Assembly: GCA_052426225.1 (NCBI GenBank)
Contig: JBNJNM010000006.1
Location: forward strand, 806,001 to 870,000
DNA from: Zancudomyces culisetae HAW-14-8
Taxonomy: Eukaryota; Fungi; Kickxellomycota
Direction: 5' to 3'
Length of the DNA stretch: 64,000 nt
Shown: piece after piece, positions 25,790-38,243 of the stretch
How the letters are laid out: every line of letters begins with the position of its first letter
Position numbering within the stretch: position 1 is the first letter of the stretch
Made by a program: the position numbers and the translations under genes
Notes under the pieces: model-generated
What the model saw: only the letters and a program-made list of their open reading frames with translations
The model's database searches: none
Told to the model about the DNA's origin: nothing

Positions 25790-26700
25790 TAAATTCTCCT
25801 TGCTCATTTAGTATCATTATTTCTAGGATCAAGGTGGTCATATAACCCAAAATAACTTACTAATGGAATTGTTTCGTTTCAAATCTTCATTTAAATCCAG
25901 ACCGAATTACAAAAGCAATTAAACTTTCAATTTTTATCTATTCGAGAAATTATTCGCCCGGTTTGTCAATGCAGGGCGAATCTGCAACTACTATTAAAAT
26001 TTAAACCCAATAGCTGCTAAATCTAAAAACGCTACAACAGTGTTCAAATTTACCTTCCAATCATGACATATAATAAACTCAACAACTCAATCCATTAGAC
26101 ACTTTGCCTGTCACACATTAGTAAATGAGTCTCACACTTTATAATTTTTCACTTTTTGTAAATTCATGATTTTTATGTTCATCCTTTTTTACTTTTTAGG
26201 TTAGTTTTACAAATGTTGGAACATTATCCAATTGTTTGTACTGTTTCCATTTTATATTTTCAAAAAAAACGAGCGCGTTTATCAGGCTTGTTATTTTAAC
26301 AACAAATTAAAGCCTAAATTGCAAAAACTCTCAGGCCACCAGGCCACCAGGCTAACAACCACCAACTTTTTACTCCGAGTTGCAATCTCATTCTCTTTCA
26401 AATGATCTGACCTTTTTTTATATTACCAATAGCTCAACCATAAACAAATCAATGTCCTATTCACTGTTTTACATTCTTTTTAATTTTCCTGATTTACCAT
26501 CTTACCAATTTGTCCTAGATGTGAAAAAAACGGTTCCGTGATTACTAGCGAAAAAAAAACCATATCAATACTTGTAGTCAGGTAAAACAAATCACATACT
26601 CACCTCCTGGTTATTTTATTTTGAACCACCCAGTCAGCTTCCAGCTCAATGTGTTTATTGTATCTAATATAATTCCTTAATAATAACCTTAATATGCCAA
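25790..26700 (+). pseudogene. Eroded paralog A of the 7TM gene at 36657
   Basis: Frameshifted fragments in colinear order: DFY (26168), WNII (26217; cf. WSII), VP* (26533; cf. VPW) and TISILVVR (26559; cf. TVSIPVVLR). Boundaries approximate. Confidence 0.5.
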
Positions 26701-27199
26701 AGATTCAAAAAAAAATTTTTTTGTTACCAATATACCTATAGCATTCCAAAATACATCCTGCTAGGGCTGAAAAAAATTAACCGCGTCTCCCACTTAAAAT
26801 ATTTGAAAAAATTTTGTTCCATTAATTTGAATAAAGTCTGTTCGTTTTCAAATCCACTAACCTTTTTTGTCATTATTTACTCAAAAATATTGCCCATTCA
26901 AGATATCTCTACTACAGCCATGTTTTCAAGCCTGATTATTATTAGTAAAATGTTATGTTGTCCTAGAATGGTGGCCTGTAAAAGCTTAATTATTAATAGC
27001 GAAACAATTAATTGTACAAAAATACATAAAATAAAAGTGCTTAAAGCGCCAATAATTCTCTAGTTTACAAAAGCTGATCCACTTTCCTCCCTGTTTTTTA
27101 TTTATTTTTTGCTGTTTTTTGTCCGCGAACTTTGTAATGAATCAAACATAAATAAAATGTGTCTTAATTTCATAATATATTTGGGCTATTTTGTCAAAA

Positions 27200-28200
27200 T
27201 TCAACGATTTAATCTAGGTGCTAGTATCAGCCTGTTCTTTCTGGCCTTACATATAGTTATTTTCCCAACACACAAATATAACCACACTTTTCAGGGAATA
27301 CTCAGTACTATTCAACTTTATTGAAGAAAGTAGTGTTGAGGTGACTTTGGTTTAGTCTTGCTATATTAGAATCTCGGCTGCAACTGTAAAAAATATTTTT
27401 TATTGTCTTGTCACGCTTTTTTTTAACGACCCACTAATAATGGTACGATAATATGGATTTGCACAAACTTTATCTACTTTATACATAAATTTTAGTTCTT
27501 TGAATTGTATAACAACCATTCGGCTTTATAAATTAAATTTTGTGTTTAGTAATTAATTAGTTTTAATTAAACCAAAAAAAGATATCCAAAAACAACAAAA
27601 GCACTTTTCACTTAGATGCAGCACAATCCACGCCGATTTGCACCAATACATGCACCCCTGCCTTGCTTTTCTTATCTATTCTATCATGTTCCCTACTCTA
27701 AATAGAATTGTGAAACCATTTTCTCTGCTGTTTTAATAGCAATCGGTGCTTCAGCATATATTTTCTTTGAGTTTTGTCCTTTAGGTAAATTTCCTCCAAC
27801 ATCAAATTAAATTTTGCTCTTACATGTAAATCAAGAGAAAATCACCAGTTGTATACAACACAATTTAAACCCGTCGCGTATATTTTCGGAATTTAATAAC
27901 CTCACACACGACCCTTTTTTCGGCCTATTATCTCAATCCTCAATACAGCATACTTTTGAGCAAATGTCATGATTATTATCAGTTCATAAAGTTAATATCG
28001 AATAGCATTAGCCCCCTTTTTGTGGTTTTCTTGGATCGTATAAACCCCTGTCAATTTATCCAATTCATGGTTTCATAACCACAAAAAAATTGCATGTGAA
28101 ATTTGCTGTGTATATCTGGCCAATTACAAGCGTGACGATATCAACCAATTCCTGCTACTTCTCCTTTTGACATCAGGGATTCTATTTTTCTGAAAGTACG
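27200..28200 (+). pseudogene. Eroded paralog B of the 7TM gene at 36657
   Basis: STLLKKVV (27312; cf. SNLLRKIL), IEL*/TIFSAVL (27702; cf. VDLWSIITAVV), PCQFIQFMVS*P (28046; cf. PWVFVLFATVSIP). Spacing matches the intact gene. Confidence 0.55.
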
Positions 28201-28489
28201 CTGTTCACATAAAATACCTGAAATCTCTCCTCTCCTCTCCTCTCCCAACCTCCCCTTTCCGACCCCATTTCTACTCCTAATTACCTGTATTGTTATTAGG
28301 AGAGTGCAAACACCGTTTGCCAATTTATTGGCCGCTTACTTTTCTTTTTGAAAAAAATACTCAGTTACAGGTTGGCTTTATCAGCCAGTTTATAATCCAT
28401 TTTCATGCTACAAACTACGATCTGTAACCATTTCTAACTTGTAACATCAAACTCGTCCACATCTATTTATCACTACCCCCTAATCCCAA

Positions 28490-29625
28490 CCCCGTGCTGC
28501 ATTGAGAACAGTTGTCTTTCTGTTAAAAACAATTTTAGGGCAACTTATCTCTAACAAAAATAATAGGCCATCCATGTGAGATATTTACACGAGTGCTCCC
28601 TTTTTATTTTTACGACTTTGTTGGTGTATGTGACCAATTTACGCATCATGAGACCAACCGCTTCATAAAGAGAGATGTTGATCAATATTTTAGATATATC
28701 TTTTGGACTGATACTACTTTGACCGAATATTTGCCTCAATTTCATCGAGTACTTTTTTTTATTTTACTTTTCTCACTCCTCAACACTAGTACAAACACAC
28801 CTTACCCCCAATGTAACTAAACTTGGATTACTCATCAAATGAGGTACGGATATTACTTTTCACTCAAAAGAAAATACACTGGAATTGTTTTTTTTTTGTT
28901 AATCTAAAAATGCCATCTATAACTCCGAGTTTTTCTCATTAAATATATTACATAAACAACGCATTTTAGAAAAGCAAATTAATTTTCAAATCTTGACACA
29001 TGCCCATTCGTTCCTGTGTAACAAACATCAATAAGTATAAACCTTTTCCCTTGCTAAACAAGATATATTTAGCCAATTTAGAGTCAAAATAACCATCTGG
29101 TTCGTGTTGATTGCTGTACATTTGGTTCTATGCTTCCGCTGTGGTGCTATTAACTTTTCCGGTTCTGGATATGTTATTTATCTTTGTTCCAATAGTATAT
29201 CGATACCAGCATCCATGCACAAGATGAATTAAACATAGAAAATGTTTCCAAATCTGGTTATTATAAATACACGATGAATCTCGTCTTCATTCCCATGTAC
29301 CAGCAACAATAGCTATTAGCACTAAAAGCTGACTGTGTTGCTGTGAAGATAAATCATGTGATTGAACAAGTAATACTGTTTCCCATCACAACTCGTCACG
29401 CTGCTAATTGCCGTAGACTCAAAACGCGCTGGATGAACAAGAACAGGGTAAGAGTTATTTTCACCATTTGCTTTGCATTTGATCTGGAGTGTGAGTCTAC
29501 CAGAGCAATAATTTTTGAATAGGTTCACCTGATTTCAATCATGGCACCTTTATACAGCTTTAATCTAATATCAAATTCACTAAGTCACGTGCTATAAAGT
29601 ATAACTTCGAAATTTTTTGTAAATA
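28490..29625 (+). pseudogene. Eroded paralog C of the 7TM gene at 36657
   Basis: VVFLL, ILDIS, IWFYASAVVLL (29120; cf. LWSIITAVVGL), QDELNIENVSKSG (cf. EDDLYLKDKVILG), LFSPFALHLIWSVSLP (cf. LVVPWVFVLFATVSIP) and IMAPLYSFNLI..FFV (cf. IIASVLNFINI..FFM), with stops and frameshifts. Confidence 0.6.
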
Positions 29626-30514
29626 GCGGATTTAAATGGCCAAGTCTGAATATACTTTATCAGCGCACAGTTGAAAATACGTAAAAAAACTAGTATTTCT
29701 TTGTGGCTCAAGTACCAGTACCAGCTCTCACCACAAAGAGCCAATGTAAGAATACGAAACATGCTAGTTTTTATGCAACACTGCAAGCACAGAAAGGTTA
29801 CTTTCATGCTTCTCTATTTATGACCCTGTTTTTGCGGATTCTATTCCTTTATATTGGAATACATAAAAAATGAAAATATTATCCATAAACGCATATCCAT
29901 CAAACTCACGTGAAGTATTTAAGCTTTAATATCACACAGAAAACAAATTCTTTAGGTTAAAATCTAAGGGATAGAAATCATATTATGATCTTGATCACTT
30001 GGTATATTGCTTTTCAAGCTAAGCATACCTTTATCATAGTCTTATCAGTATCACAAAACACTCGCTTTCTACTTTTACAGTTAGTACAGAAATACGTCTG
30101 AGGCCAGGTTTATAATACAAATATTACGCTTTTATCGAGAACAAAATATCTAATGTAATTATCATATGTTCTAGCTGTGTCCTACTAGATCGTTTCATTT
30201 AACCACAGTGAATCAAGATGAATTAGCGCGAATGGCATTAAAAAAATTTTTTTTTGAATTTGATCTGTTTGAAAACTTTTATAGCCAAACAAAATGATGC
30301 AAAAAAAATTTTTTTTTTCTTGTCAGCTTGTAAATTGAAGGAAATAATCCAAGAAAAAAAAAGTCAAAGTGGCCTTCAAGCATATTGTAACTAGACTTAA
30401 AGCAATTAGACAAAGATCAAAAGTATAATTTAAAAATAAAAAGGAAACAAACGATAAAAAAGGGAACAAGTAATATCTAGTTCACATTTGTAAATATTTT
30501 ATAGATAATAGAAA

Positions 30515-32689
30515 ATGGCTAAAGGAAAAGTTAGAAAGGGCGTGATTGAAACGAGATCAACCGAGGTAAAGAGCGAGATTGAGGCCCAAGAAATCTATGC
30601 TTTTGACAACAAGCTGAGAGGACGAGGACAATATGAAGGCGCGGCTGAGTACTTGGCTGTAGTTAAGAGAGGTGCAGACCGGGATATAGTTAAAATCCAT
30701 AGAGTGACAACCGGTGAGATGATCAAAGAGTGGCAGTTTGAGAGAAGTAAAAAAAACGGAGTAAACTGCGTTAGATGGGGAGAGGTGGAAAATACCGAAA
30801 ATGAAAACAAAGCTGGAAATAGAAAGAAGAGGAGAAGAGGAGAGACAGAGAACGGGGATGGAGCTGATGAGTCTGAAAAAAAAATAGAGCTGAGATTGAG
30901 AGATATCGGGGGAGTAAGCAAGGTATTAGCTGTAGGAAAAAGAAATGGCGACATTGAGATCTATTCGGTACAGCATGGTAACATAGTAGGGATTTTAAAA
31001 GGGGGCCACAGCGAGGAAGTTAAGGACGTCGAGTTTGTAAAAACAGGTCTTGGAGAATATAGGTTGTATAGCGTAGATAGAAAGGGACTGATTTTAGAAT
31101 GGGATGTAGTTGAAGAGAAGGTTGTAGCCGAGATAAAGACAGGTGTGAAGAACGTGGAAAAATTATCTGTTAGCTTGGACCATGATAAGATCGTACTAGG
31201 AGGGGAGAAGCTGACTGTAATTGACATTCCATCACAGACACGAGTTGGTGATAGCGTAAGCTGTGGGCAGGAGAAGATCAAGGAAATGAGCTTTTTTGCA
31301 GGCAAAGGTTTAGTTACCTTGGCGGAAAAGGACAATTCAATAAATCTATGGGAAGTGGGAATGAGCATAGCGGATGACCAGGAGGTTAGGCACAAAAAGG
31401 TTCATGTGTTTGAAGAGCGTATCAAAAATGTGGCAGTTGGAGGGAACTCAAAGTCAAGTTTGATAGCGGTACTCCTAGAAAATGGACAAGTGAAATACTG
31501 GAAACAAGGCGATGAAGATGAAGCCACAGATAAAGAAGTCGGTCAAGAGGAAATGAAAAGTATACACTTGGTGGATAATCAAGGAAACAGTGGAAACATT
31601 AAATTTGTAGAAATTATTTCAGGAGATCAAGTAAAAATAGGAAAACAAGTTGGAAAGGATAAGGTAGAGTTTGAGCTGGTCAAAGCATTCAGCGATGAGG
31701 GATCAACAACAATAGTAAAAGATAACAGTAAAGGGAAAGCACAAGGTAATAACAGCATAGCCTTAACCAGCAAATACAGCGAAAAGAAGGCAGATGTTTA
31801 CTCCAGTTTGGATAACTCGACAAGTTTGGAAAATAGGTTGAAGTCGCTACAGCTACAATCAACGCAACTTAATGGGAAGCAGCAAACGGCAATCCAAAAG
31901 CTGAACAAAAACAAGGAAGCCCAAAGACATAATGCCGGTAGTTTACTGAGAGTCTTGGTCCAGTCCATCTCGACTAATGATAAGGAGCTGTTGGAAACTG
32001 TATTGAAATATTCATACAACCCCCAGCTAGTCAACCAAACAGTGTATATGCTTCCATCTCAAGAGTTTGTAGTTCCATTTTTGAATTTGCTGGTAGAAAG
32101 ATACCAACGTAACCCCAACAGATCAGCTGTGTTGGTTCCATGGATCAAGTCTGTGTTGGTTCTGCACGCGAGCTATTTAGCCACGCTCCCATACCTTGTG
32201 GATTTGTTTTCTAGTTTATACTTTTTGATCTCTAGTAGAGTTACAAACCAGCAACAGAGCCTGATTAAGCTGAACTCTAGATTGGAATTTTTCAGATTCC
32301 AAAGTCAAGCCAAAAAGGGCTTTTCTATGTTTGCAGAGTCGGGCGATAAAAAGTCGAAAAAATCTAGCAGATCTGATGAATTTAAGGTTATTAGCGAGAA
32401 CGGAGTTGATCAAGGTTTGAGCGCTGTCTCTGGCTCTGAGTCCGAGGCCGATTCCGACTTTGGCTCCGGATCCGAACGTGGTTCTGATTCTGAATACGAC
32501 TCTAACTCTGACTCTGACTCTGACTCTGCTTCTGATAGCAACGCCTCTCAGTCCGAAAATGGCGAATCAGATAGCGAGAATGAGAACTCTGATAGCAGTG
32601 ATGATGGCGACGAACCCCACGGAAACACTATGGACGTCGATTCAGATCTCGAAAGCCAGGAAGATGAAGACGAGGATGAAGAGCTATAG
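30515..32689 (+). CDS. UTP5: U3 snoRNP t-UTP component UTP5/WDR43 (WD40 + Utp12-like domain + acidic tail)
   Basis: WD-type repeats (LAVGKRNGDIEIYS..GHSEEVKDV), SLLRVLVQSISTNDKELLETVL, PWIKSVLVLHASYL, long D/E/S tail. Confidence 0.82.
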   Translation: MAKGKVRKGVIETRSTEVKSEIEAQEIYAFDNKLRGRGQYEGAAEYLAVVKRGADRDIVKIHRVTTGEMIKEWQFERSKKNGVNCVRWGEVENTENENKAGNRKKRRRGETENGDGADESEKKIELRLRDIGGVSKVLAVGKRNGDIEIYSVQHGNIVGILKGGHSEEVKDVEFVKTGLGEYRLYSVDRKGLILEWDVVEEKVVAEIKTGVKNVEKLSVSLDHDKIVLGGEKLTVIDIPSQTRVGDSVSCGQEKIKEMSFFAGKGLVTLAEKDNSINLWEVGMSIADDQEVRHKKVHVFEERIKNVAVGGNSKSSLIAVLLENGQVKYWKQGDEDEATDKEVGQEEMKSIHLVDNQGNSGNIKFVEIISGDQVKIGKQVGKDKVEFELVKAFSDEGSTTIVKDNSKGKAQGNNSIALTSKYSEKKADVYSSLDNSTSLENRLKSLQLQSTQLNGKQQTAIQKLNKNKEAQRHNAGSLLRVLVQSISTNDKELLETVLKYSYNPQLVNQTVYMLPSQEFVVPFLNLLVERYQRNPNRSAVLVPWIKSVLVLHASYLATLPYLVDLFSSLYFLISSRVTNQQQSLIKLNSRLEFFRFQSQAKKGFSMFAESGDKKSKKSSRSDEFKVISENGVDQGLSAVSGSESEADSDFGSGSERGSDSEYDSNSDSDSDSASDSNASQSENGESDSENENSDSSDDGDEPHGNTMDVDSDLESQEDEDEDEEL

Positions 32690-32802
32690 TCTTCTAACAC
32701 ATTGTTCCGCTTTTTAATATTTTATTGTTATTACTAGCATTATATTGGTACAGAATAAACAGCCAAATTTAAACACTAAAGAATAAAAAAAAGTTATATG
32801 TA

Positions 32803-34704
32803 CTAAACGGCAGATTTACTCCCAAATATTTCATCCCAATCTTCATAAACTTTCAGATCCTTCTGGTTTACGCTTGGCCTAATCTGTTTCATTGCTGCTA
32901 AAAAGTGTTCAAATCTGATCGGCTCGACACTATCCGCATTGATGCTTTCAAGCCCGCCTCTGCCATTTTCTGTCAGCATGTCTGACATTGAAAACAAATT
33001 TCTAACAGGACCCAATGCTGCTTCTCGGCATAGTCCGTCGATATCCGACCCAGAATATCCCTCTGTTAGTTTCCCCAGCTCCTCAATTTGCTCCTTGTCC
33101 AATTGGTGGTTTTCCTTTGCCATTAGGTTGCTGATTAATGCAATTCGCCCGCTCAATTCGGGCAGTGGAACATACAGCCTTTTTCGAAACCTACGCCTTG
33201 CCGCTTCGTCGATTTCATATGGCCTATTCGTTGCTCCAATGATCAGCACCCGCTCTCCCTTACTATCTTCTCCACTCCCTACCCCATCAAACTGCACCAA
33301 GAACTCTGTCTTGATTCTTCTGCTCGCCTCATTCTCGCTTTCACTCCGCTGTGTTAGCAAACTGTCAATTTCATCAATAAATATTACGCTGGGTTGGTGT
33401 ACTCTCGCTACAGCAAACATTGCGCGTACCATCTTTTCCCCCTCTCCCACCCACTTACTTGTTAAACTACTGCAACTTATGCTGAAGAATGTAGCTTTAC
33501 TCTGCGTGGCTATACATCGCCCTATCAGTGTTTTTCCTGTCCCCGGTGGTCCAAATAGTAGAAGCCCCTTCGGCGGCCCTCGCAGTCCAGAAAATATATC
33601 CGGGCGTGCCATTGGCCACACAACCATTTCCATTACTGTCCGCTTGGCATGTTCCAATCCTGCTATGTCCTCCCATTTGACTTCTTTTACATTTCCCCTA
33701 ATCTCGTTTTCAATCATTTCAATCATTTTTTTGTCAACATTTTTGTACCTTTCATCCATTTCCACCTCTGGCTCTTTGTCTGCTTTCCCCTCTTTCCCTT
33801 CATTTCTAGACTCTTTCTTTTGAGGTTTTTTAGTATCGCTGATATATACCCCGACTTCTGCTTTCATTTCTTCAAATTCATCTGCCCCCGTGTTCCTCCT
33901 TATCAGTGGTGGATTAAATCTTCTCATGCCCAAACTTCTCTTGTTATTACCCATTGCTTCGTTGCTTTGCCTTTGTCTTTTGTTCTCTTGTTCGATTCTG
34001 TATTGTTGCCGGGCACTTATAAACTCGCTGCCTCTTGCACATTCTTCATCCTTCTCCTGCTCCCCACCTACTTTTACATCCTCTCTTACTTTTTTGCTAA
34101 TTTCTCTGTTTATCGTACCTTCCTCTGAAATTGCTCTCTTTGGCATCCCAACATTACTGTTTCTAATGACTTTTCTTTGATCAAACATTGCCACATTGCC
34201 GCCATTACCGCTATTGTCATGCATTTGTCCATTACTATCCCGTCTCTCTACGATTGTTTCTCGTACCTGTTTAATTTCTATATCGCTCATGTTTTGTTTT
34301 AACTCGCCCTGAATATCATATACTCTATTGATTTCCTTTTCAATTTCCTCAAACATAATCTCATTAAAGACATTCAACCCCATACATTTCTCATTTCCGC
34401 CTTTTGTTTCGTCCTCTACCCTGAATTTCTGAAGATCCCGTACAATTTCTCGCTGATCAATTCCCAACACCTGTTCCTCTCTCCTCCACAGATACTTTTC
34501 TGCCTCCAACAATACGTCATGTCTGCTACTCTGATCATCGACGTTCAGATTATCCAACATCAATAATAAGTTTGCCATTCCTTTGCTCCTACACTCTCTG
34601 CTCACCTCAGCACTTTCTATCTCTTTGAGCTGGATTTCGTTTTTTTGAAATTCGTGCCATTTCCTTCGTTCTATTACTTTTACTTTGCTGTCATTGATCT
34701 TCAT
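32803..34704 (-). CDS. FIGNL1: Fidgetin-like/spastin-family AAA+ ATPase
   Basis: [11 protein letters not shown], Walker A GPPGTGKT, Walker [39 protein letters not shown], Vps4-like C-terminus. Confidence 0.9.
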   Translation of the reverse strand: MKINDSKVKVIERRKWHEFQKNEIQLKEIESAEVSRECRSKGMANLLLMLDNLNVDDQSSRHDVLLEAEKYLWRREEQVLGIDQREIVRDLQKFRVEDETKGGNEKCMGLNVFNEIMFEEIEKEINRVYDIQGELKQNMSDIEIKQVRETIVERRDSNGQMHDNSGNGGNVAMFDQRKVIRNSNVGMPKRAISEEGTINREISKKVREDVKVGGEQEKDEECARGSEFISARQQYRIEQENKRQRQSNEAMGNNKRSLGMRRFNPPLIRRNTGADEFEEMKAEVGVYISDTKKPQKKESRNEGKEGKADKEPEVEMDERYKNVDKKMIEMIENEIRGNVKEVKWEDIAGLEHAKRTVMEMVVWPMARPDIFSGLRGPPKGLLLFGPPGTGKTLIGRCIATQSKATFFSISCSSLTSKWVGEGEKMVRAMFAVARVHQPSVIFIDEIDSLLTQRSESENEASRRIKTEFLVQFDGVGSGEDSKGERVLIIGATNRPYEIDEAARRRFRKRLYVPLPELSGRIALISNLMAKENHQLDKEQIEELGKLTEGYSGSDIDGLCREAALGPVRNLFSMSDMLTENGRGGLESINADSVEPIRFEHFLAAMKQIRPSVNQKDLKVYEDWDEIFGSKSAV

Positions 34705-35219
34705 TTTGTCGAGATAGCTACTTTAGTTGAGAATAAGCTACTTTGCGCTTTTTAATGCCTTTTATTAATGCCACAAGTTTTTACACAAATCTTTGACACA
34801 TCCATAAATTTTGCTAGACTATTGGCTAGCGGGGAAAGAAGAGAAGGTAATTCGCTCAAAAACAAAAGACAGATCCTATTCACCTTTTATTTTCTTCTAG
34901 CTTTACACTTTAAAAGACCTTTACTACAAAACCACACAACACTTGGTATGTTCTTACTGCGAATTAATGTGTAATACTTGTAAAAATATCCTTCAAGAAT
35001 AAGTAGAGCGACATGATATTTTCATTTGGTTTGATGGTGTATCATTCGCTTCAGATCGATGTTTTAACATTACCATAATGATGCACCACATGGCGTTATT
35101 TAATTTCACTTAACATACTACATAAGTCAGACTACCTCCAAAATAAACATAAGCTAGGTAGATTCATCCATTATCAAAAACAAGTCTTCGATAAATATAG
35201 TGCTGGTAATGTGCTATTG

Positions 35220-35810
35220 CTAGCATTTTTTCATCAATACTGAGTCATGCTGCGATTGGGTTTTATTTAATGATAACCATAACCATAACCATAACCATAA
35301 CCATAACCATAACCATAACCATAACCATAACCATAACTATTCATCATATATCATGTACTATAGTTATCCAAATAGACTAAATATTGCTATAGTAGCAACT
35401 GCAGCTTACGCGAGTTGTATTAGCTTATTTTTAGGTGTGCCAATTCAGGAGGCAGCAATATTGGTATTAATATTACAATCACATTCGACTCTCAAGCTTT
35501 GTGTTCATACATTTCGGATACATTTACCACATTTTATCTCTCCTAGATACATTTGACTGGAAGTGTACGTATAGTGGCTGTTTCGCAATTAACAAACTTT
35601 TTACTCTGTAACACTATTAGTAAAAAATCCAATAGCATTTAGCAACTATGACACAGTGATTTTTTTTTACTGGCAACTGAAAAATTTTGAGGTTACTGAT
35701 AAGTGTAACTATCTCGGATGTAACCCTATCAGAACAATTGTATGTTAAAGCGAGATTACCAAATTGTTCAAGAAACATTTATTATCTACTATTTCTTTTT
35801 TTGACCATGT
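35220..35810 (+). pseudogene. Possible eroded paralog D of the 7TM gene at 36657, interrupted by a microsatellite
   Basis: One frame reads FFINT...(NH)n-NYSSYIMY (cf. YYSSKIFY)...LNIAIV...CISLFLGVP (cf. FDIGIV..CISLFVTSP), and later YYLLFL (cf. SYLLAL). Confidence 0.4.
35273..35337. repeat. (ATAACC)10 hexanucleotide microsatellite plus a partial unit
   Basis: Ten perfect ATAACC units at 35273-35332 followed by ATAACT. Confidence 0.97.
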
Positions 35811-36656
35811 TGTCTGACCTAAAGGATTCGACGAAGCCATTATTTTATTTTTTTGTATCTAATACAATGTTATGATTTTGAGTTTTAGCCAATAAACATG
35901 TTTCAAAAATGCTTAATTGGAGTATCTGTGCCATTCTATGGAAATTGCTGCGGGTGTTTGAGCATTGTTTTTTTTTTTAGGGACATTATATAAAAAGGAG
36001 AACATCTAAAAACCGTTTAAAGTCTTCCATGATTAACTATGAGGTTTATTTGAGTGCTTTTGTTTTTTTAACTGCCTCTTTTCCTAAAAACTTTACTTTT
36101 GTTAGTAAGCAATCTTGTGTAAAATACCATACCATTTGGGGATTCTATACGCAAACTATTGGTTTACCTGAAAAAAATCCAGGCATTTTTTCAATATTGT
36201 CTCAATTGTTGCTTTGTAGGAGGAGCTTATTAAAAATATGAACTTCAACTAATTACAAATGATTTTCTGGTACTCATGCGAATTTGATAATTAGCTAAAT
36301 TGATTGTTGTAGGTCAGAGCATCTGGCCTCTCAGTTAAAATCCCTGATTATATAGCAAGTACACATTTTTTGCAACCTGCCACTATCTAGTGTGATTATA
36401 TATATTAGAACCTTCAGAACTCGATAGCTAAAAAAGCAAGGATAATATATATTTATGATATCCCCTCCCCCTCTATTACGTTTTACGTTACTTTAGTTTA
36501 TAATACCCAGACCCACAAAAAACGGACCTTTAGTGTAAAGGAATATACGATCAGTTCACGAACAAATATTAACACATACACGAATTAATACTTAGCCTGT
36601 ATAAACAAAGCAAAACACAGTAACGCTAAGAATAAAAGATATAAATATAACGAAAT

Positions 36657-37694
36657 ATGGACACTACAAGCTGGATTTTGCTTGAGTGCACGTTGGTTGT
36701 AGCAAGCGCGATAATAATAGTTGCCTGTCTTTGTGCACATACATCGGGATCAAATACAGAGGAAAAATCCAACCTTCTCCGAAAGATTCTTGCACTTGGT
36801 GTATTTCTGCTATTTTCAGAGACATGCACAATATATTCAGATACCTTTACTGAACTTTTTATTGATACGAAATATTTCCCATGGTATTGCAAAGCCAATG
36901 TATGGATATATTACTCCAGTAAAATATTCTATAATTTGTTATTGACCTCAATAATATGTGAGAATAAGTCACACTCCAAGAACAAATTCTTTTATGAAGT
37001 ATTGTGCATATTCGATATCGGAATAGTCGAAATACTATGTATCTCGTTGTTTGTTACCTCTCCAGTACTAATGTCACTGATTGGGCATAATTCAAGCAAG
37101 GGTATATTCATAGATTTTTACAGTGAGCTCATAAAAAACATCACAGAGGTTGCCATGGTCGATTTGTGGTCCATAATCACAGCAGTAGTCGGGCTGTGCG
37201 TTCTTGTTTCGGTGCTGGTTCCAAATAGAAGAAAGGCAGGCTTTGGATTATTGGAGGATGATCTCTACTTGAAGGACAAAGTTATCTTGGGAGAACCCCA
37301 TCCACATGAAAAATGTGAAAACATAAATAAACACTTGTCTTCGCTACCACTAGTCTGCGGATTGCAAGAAATGACAGAAAGGAATGAAAAGCACCAACTA
37401 TATATAGACATAGACTTATGTAAAGACCAGGATCTCGTAATTGCTGAAAAAAGTGACTTTGTCACACACAGCTACAGTTATTTACTGGCGCTAGTTGTCC
37501 CATGGGTATTCGTGTTGTTTGCTACTGTTTCTATACCAGTGGTACTTCGCTTAGCAATGTTGTTGGGTAATCCTACTCCAATCATTGCCTCAGTGTTGAA
37601 CTTTATCAACATAGCTATATATATAAAAAGCTTGCTTTGTGCAAATGCGCTATTTTTTATGCCATCAACAATGCTGGATAACGAAAAAGAGTAG
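36657..37694 (+). CDS. Orphan 7-transmembrane, GPCR-like protein (345 aa, intronless)
   Basis: Seven hydrophobic segments, a Cys at the start of TM3, a long loop of about 85 aa between TM5 and TM6, and a Pro-containing TM6. Resemblance to Git3/cAMP-receptor-like GPCRs is inference. Confidence 0.65.
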   Translation: MDTTSWILLECTLVVASAIIIVACLCAHTSGSNTEEKSNLLRKILALGVFLLFSETCTIYSDTFTELFIDTKYFPWYCKANVWIYYSSKIFYNLLLTSIICENKSHSKNKFFYEVLCIFDIGIVEILCISLFVTSPVLMSLIGHNSSKGIFIDFYSELIKNITEVAMVDLWSIITAVVGLCVLVSVLVPNRRKAGFGLLEDDLYLKDKVILGEPHPHEKCENINKHLSSLPLVCGLQEMTERNEKHQLYIDIDLCKDQDLVIAEKSDFVTHSYSYLLALVVPWVFVLFATVSIPVVLRLAMLLGNPTPIIASVLNFINIAIYIKSLLCANALFFMPSTMLDNEKE

Positions 37695-38243
37695 ATACTA
37701 GAGCAGAGTTCTACCCATCCGCTGCTCGGCAAGGGATGAAACACCAATGCGTGTGTACTTATTGCACGTCCATTTAATGATATGTGTCAATATATGATGA
37801 TTATTTTTAGTGTACGTATTAGAAGATATTTTTGAATAGTTGATTTATAAATCATATCACCGAAAATAGGTGATACCAATTTGAACAAATTCCACAATTT
37901 TCAAAGCGAAACCACACAACCAAGTAACTTTTTCTGGTCATTTTATAGTGCAGTGTCCAAATACTGGAATGTGTTGCCGGAAAGGGTGTCTTCCCTCACC
38001 CTTCCAATACATATACCATTAACAATAAATGAAAGGGGTGTTGGTGGAGGCTTTCTATAATCAAATCGTTTTCTATTTGAGGGGAGATGTTTTTTTTATT
38101 GTTCACACTCAAGTTCTATAGTAACTTTATTCGAAATATTCTTGTATATTTGTATAAATGGTAAACTGAAAATATTCTGAACGGTTGAAAATAACAAGTT
38201 GACTAAGCCATAGAAATCAACACGGCTATGGAAAAGCAAGAGA

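Noticed and set aside
26539-27713. TGA at conserved Trp positions suggesting recoding (Sec or Trp)
   Set aside because: The same relics carry TAA/TAG stops and frameshifts, TGA is a normal stop in SHP1, and no SECIS was recognised.
35273-35337. CRISPR-like or true telomeric array
   Set aside because: No spacers, eukaryotic context, internal location, and the unit differs from TTAGGG; treated as a microsatellite.
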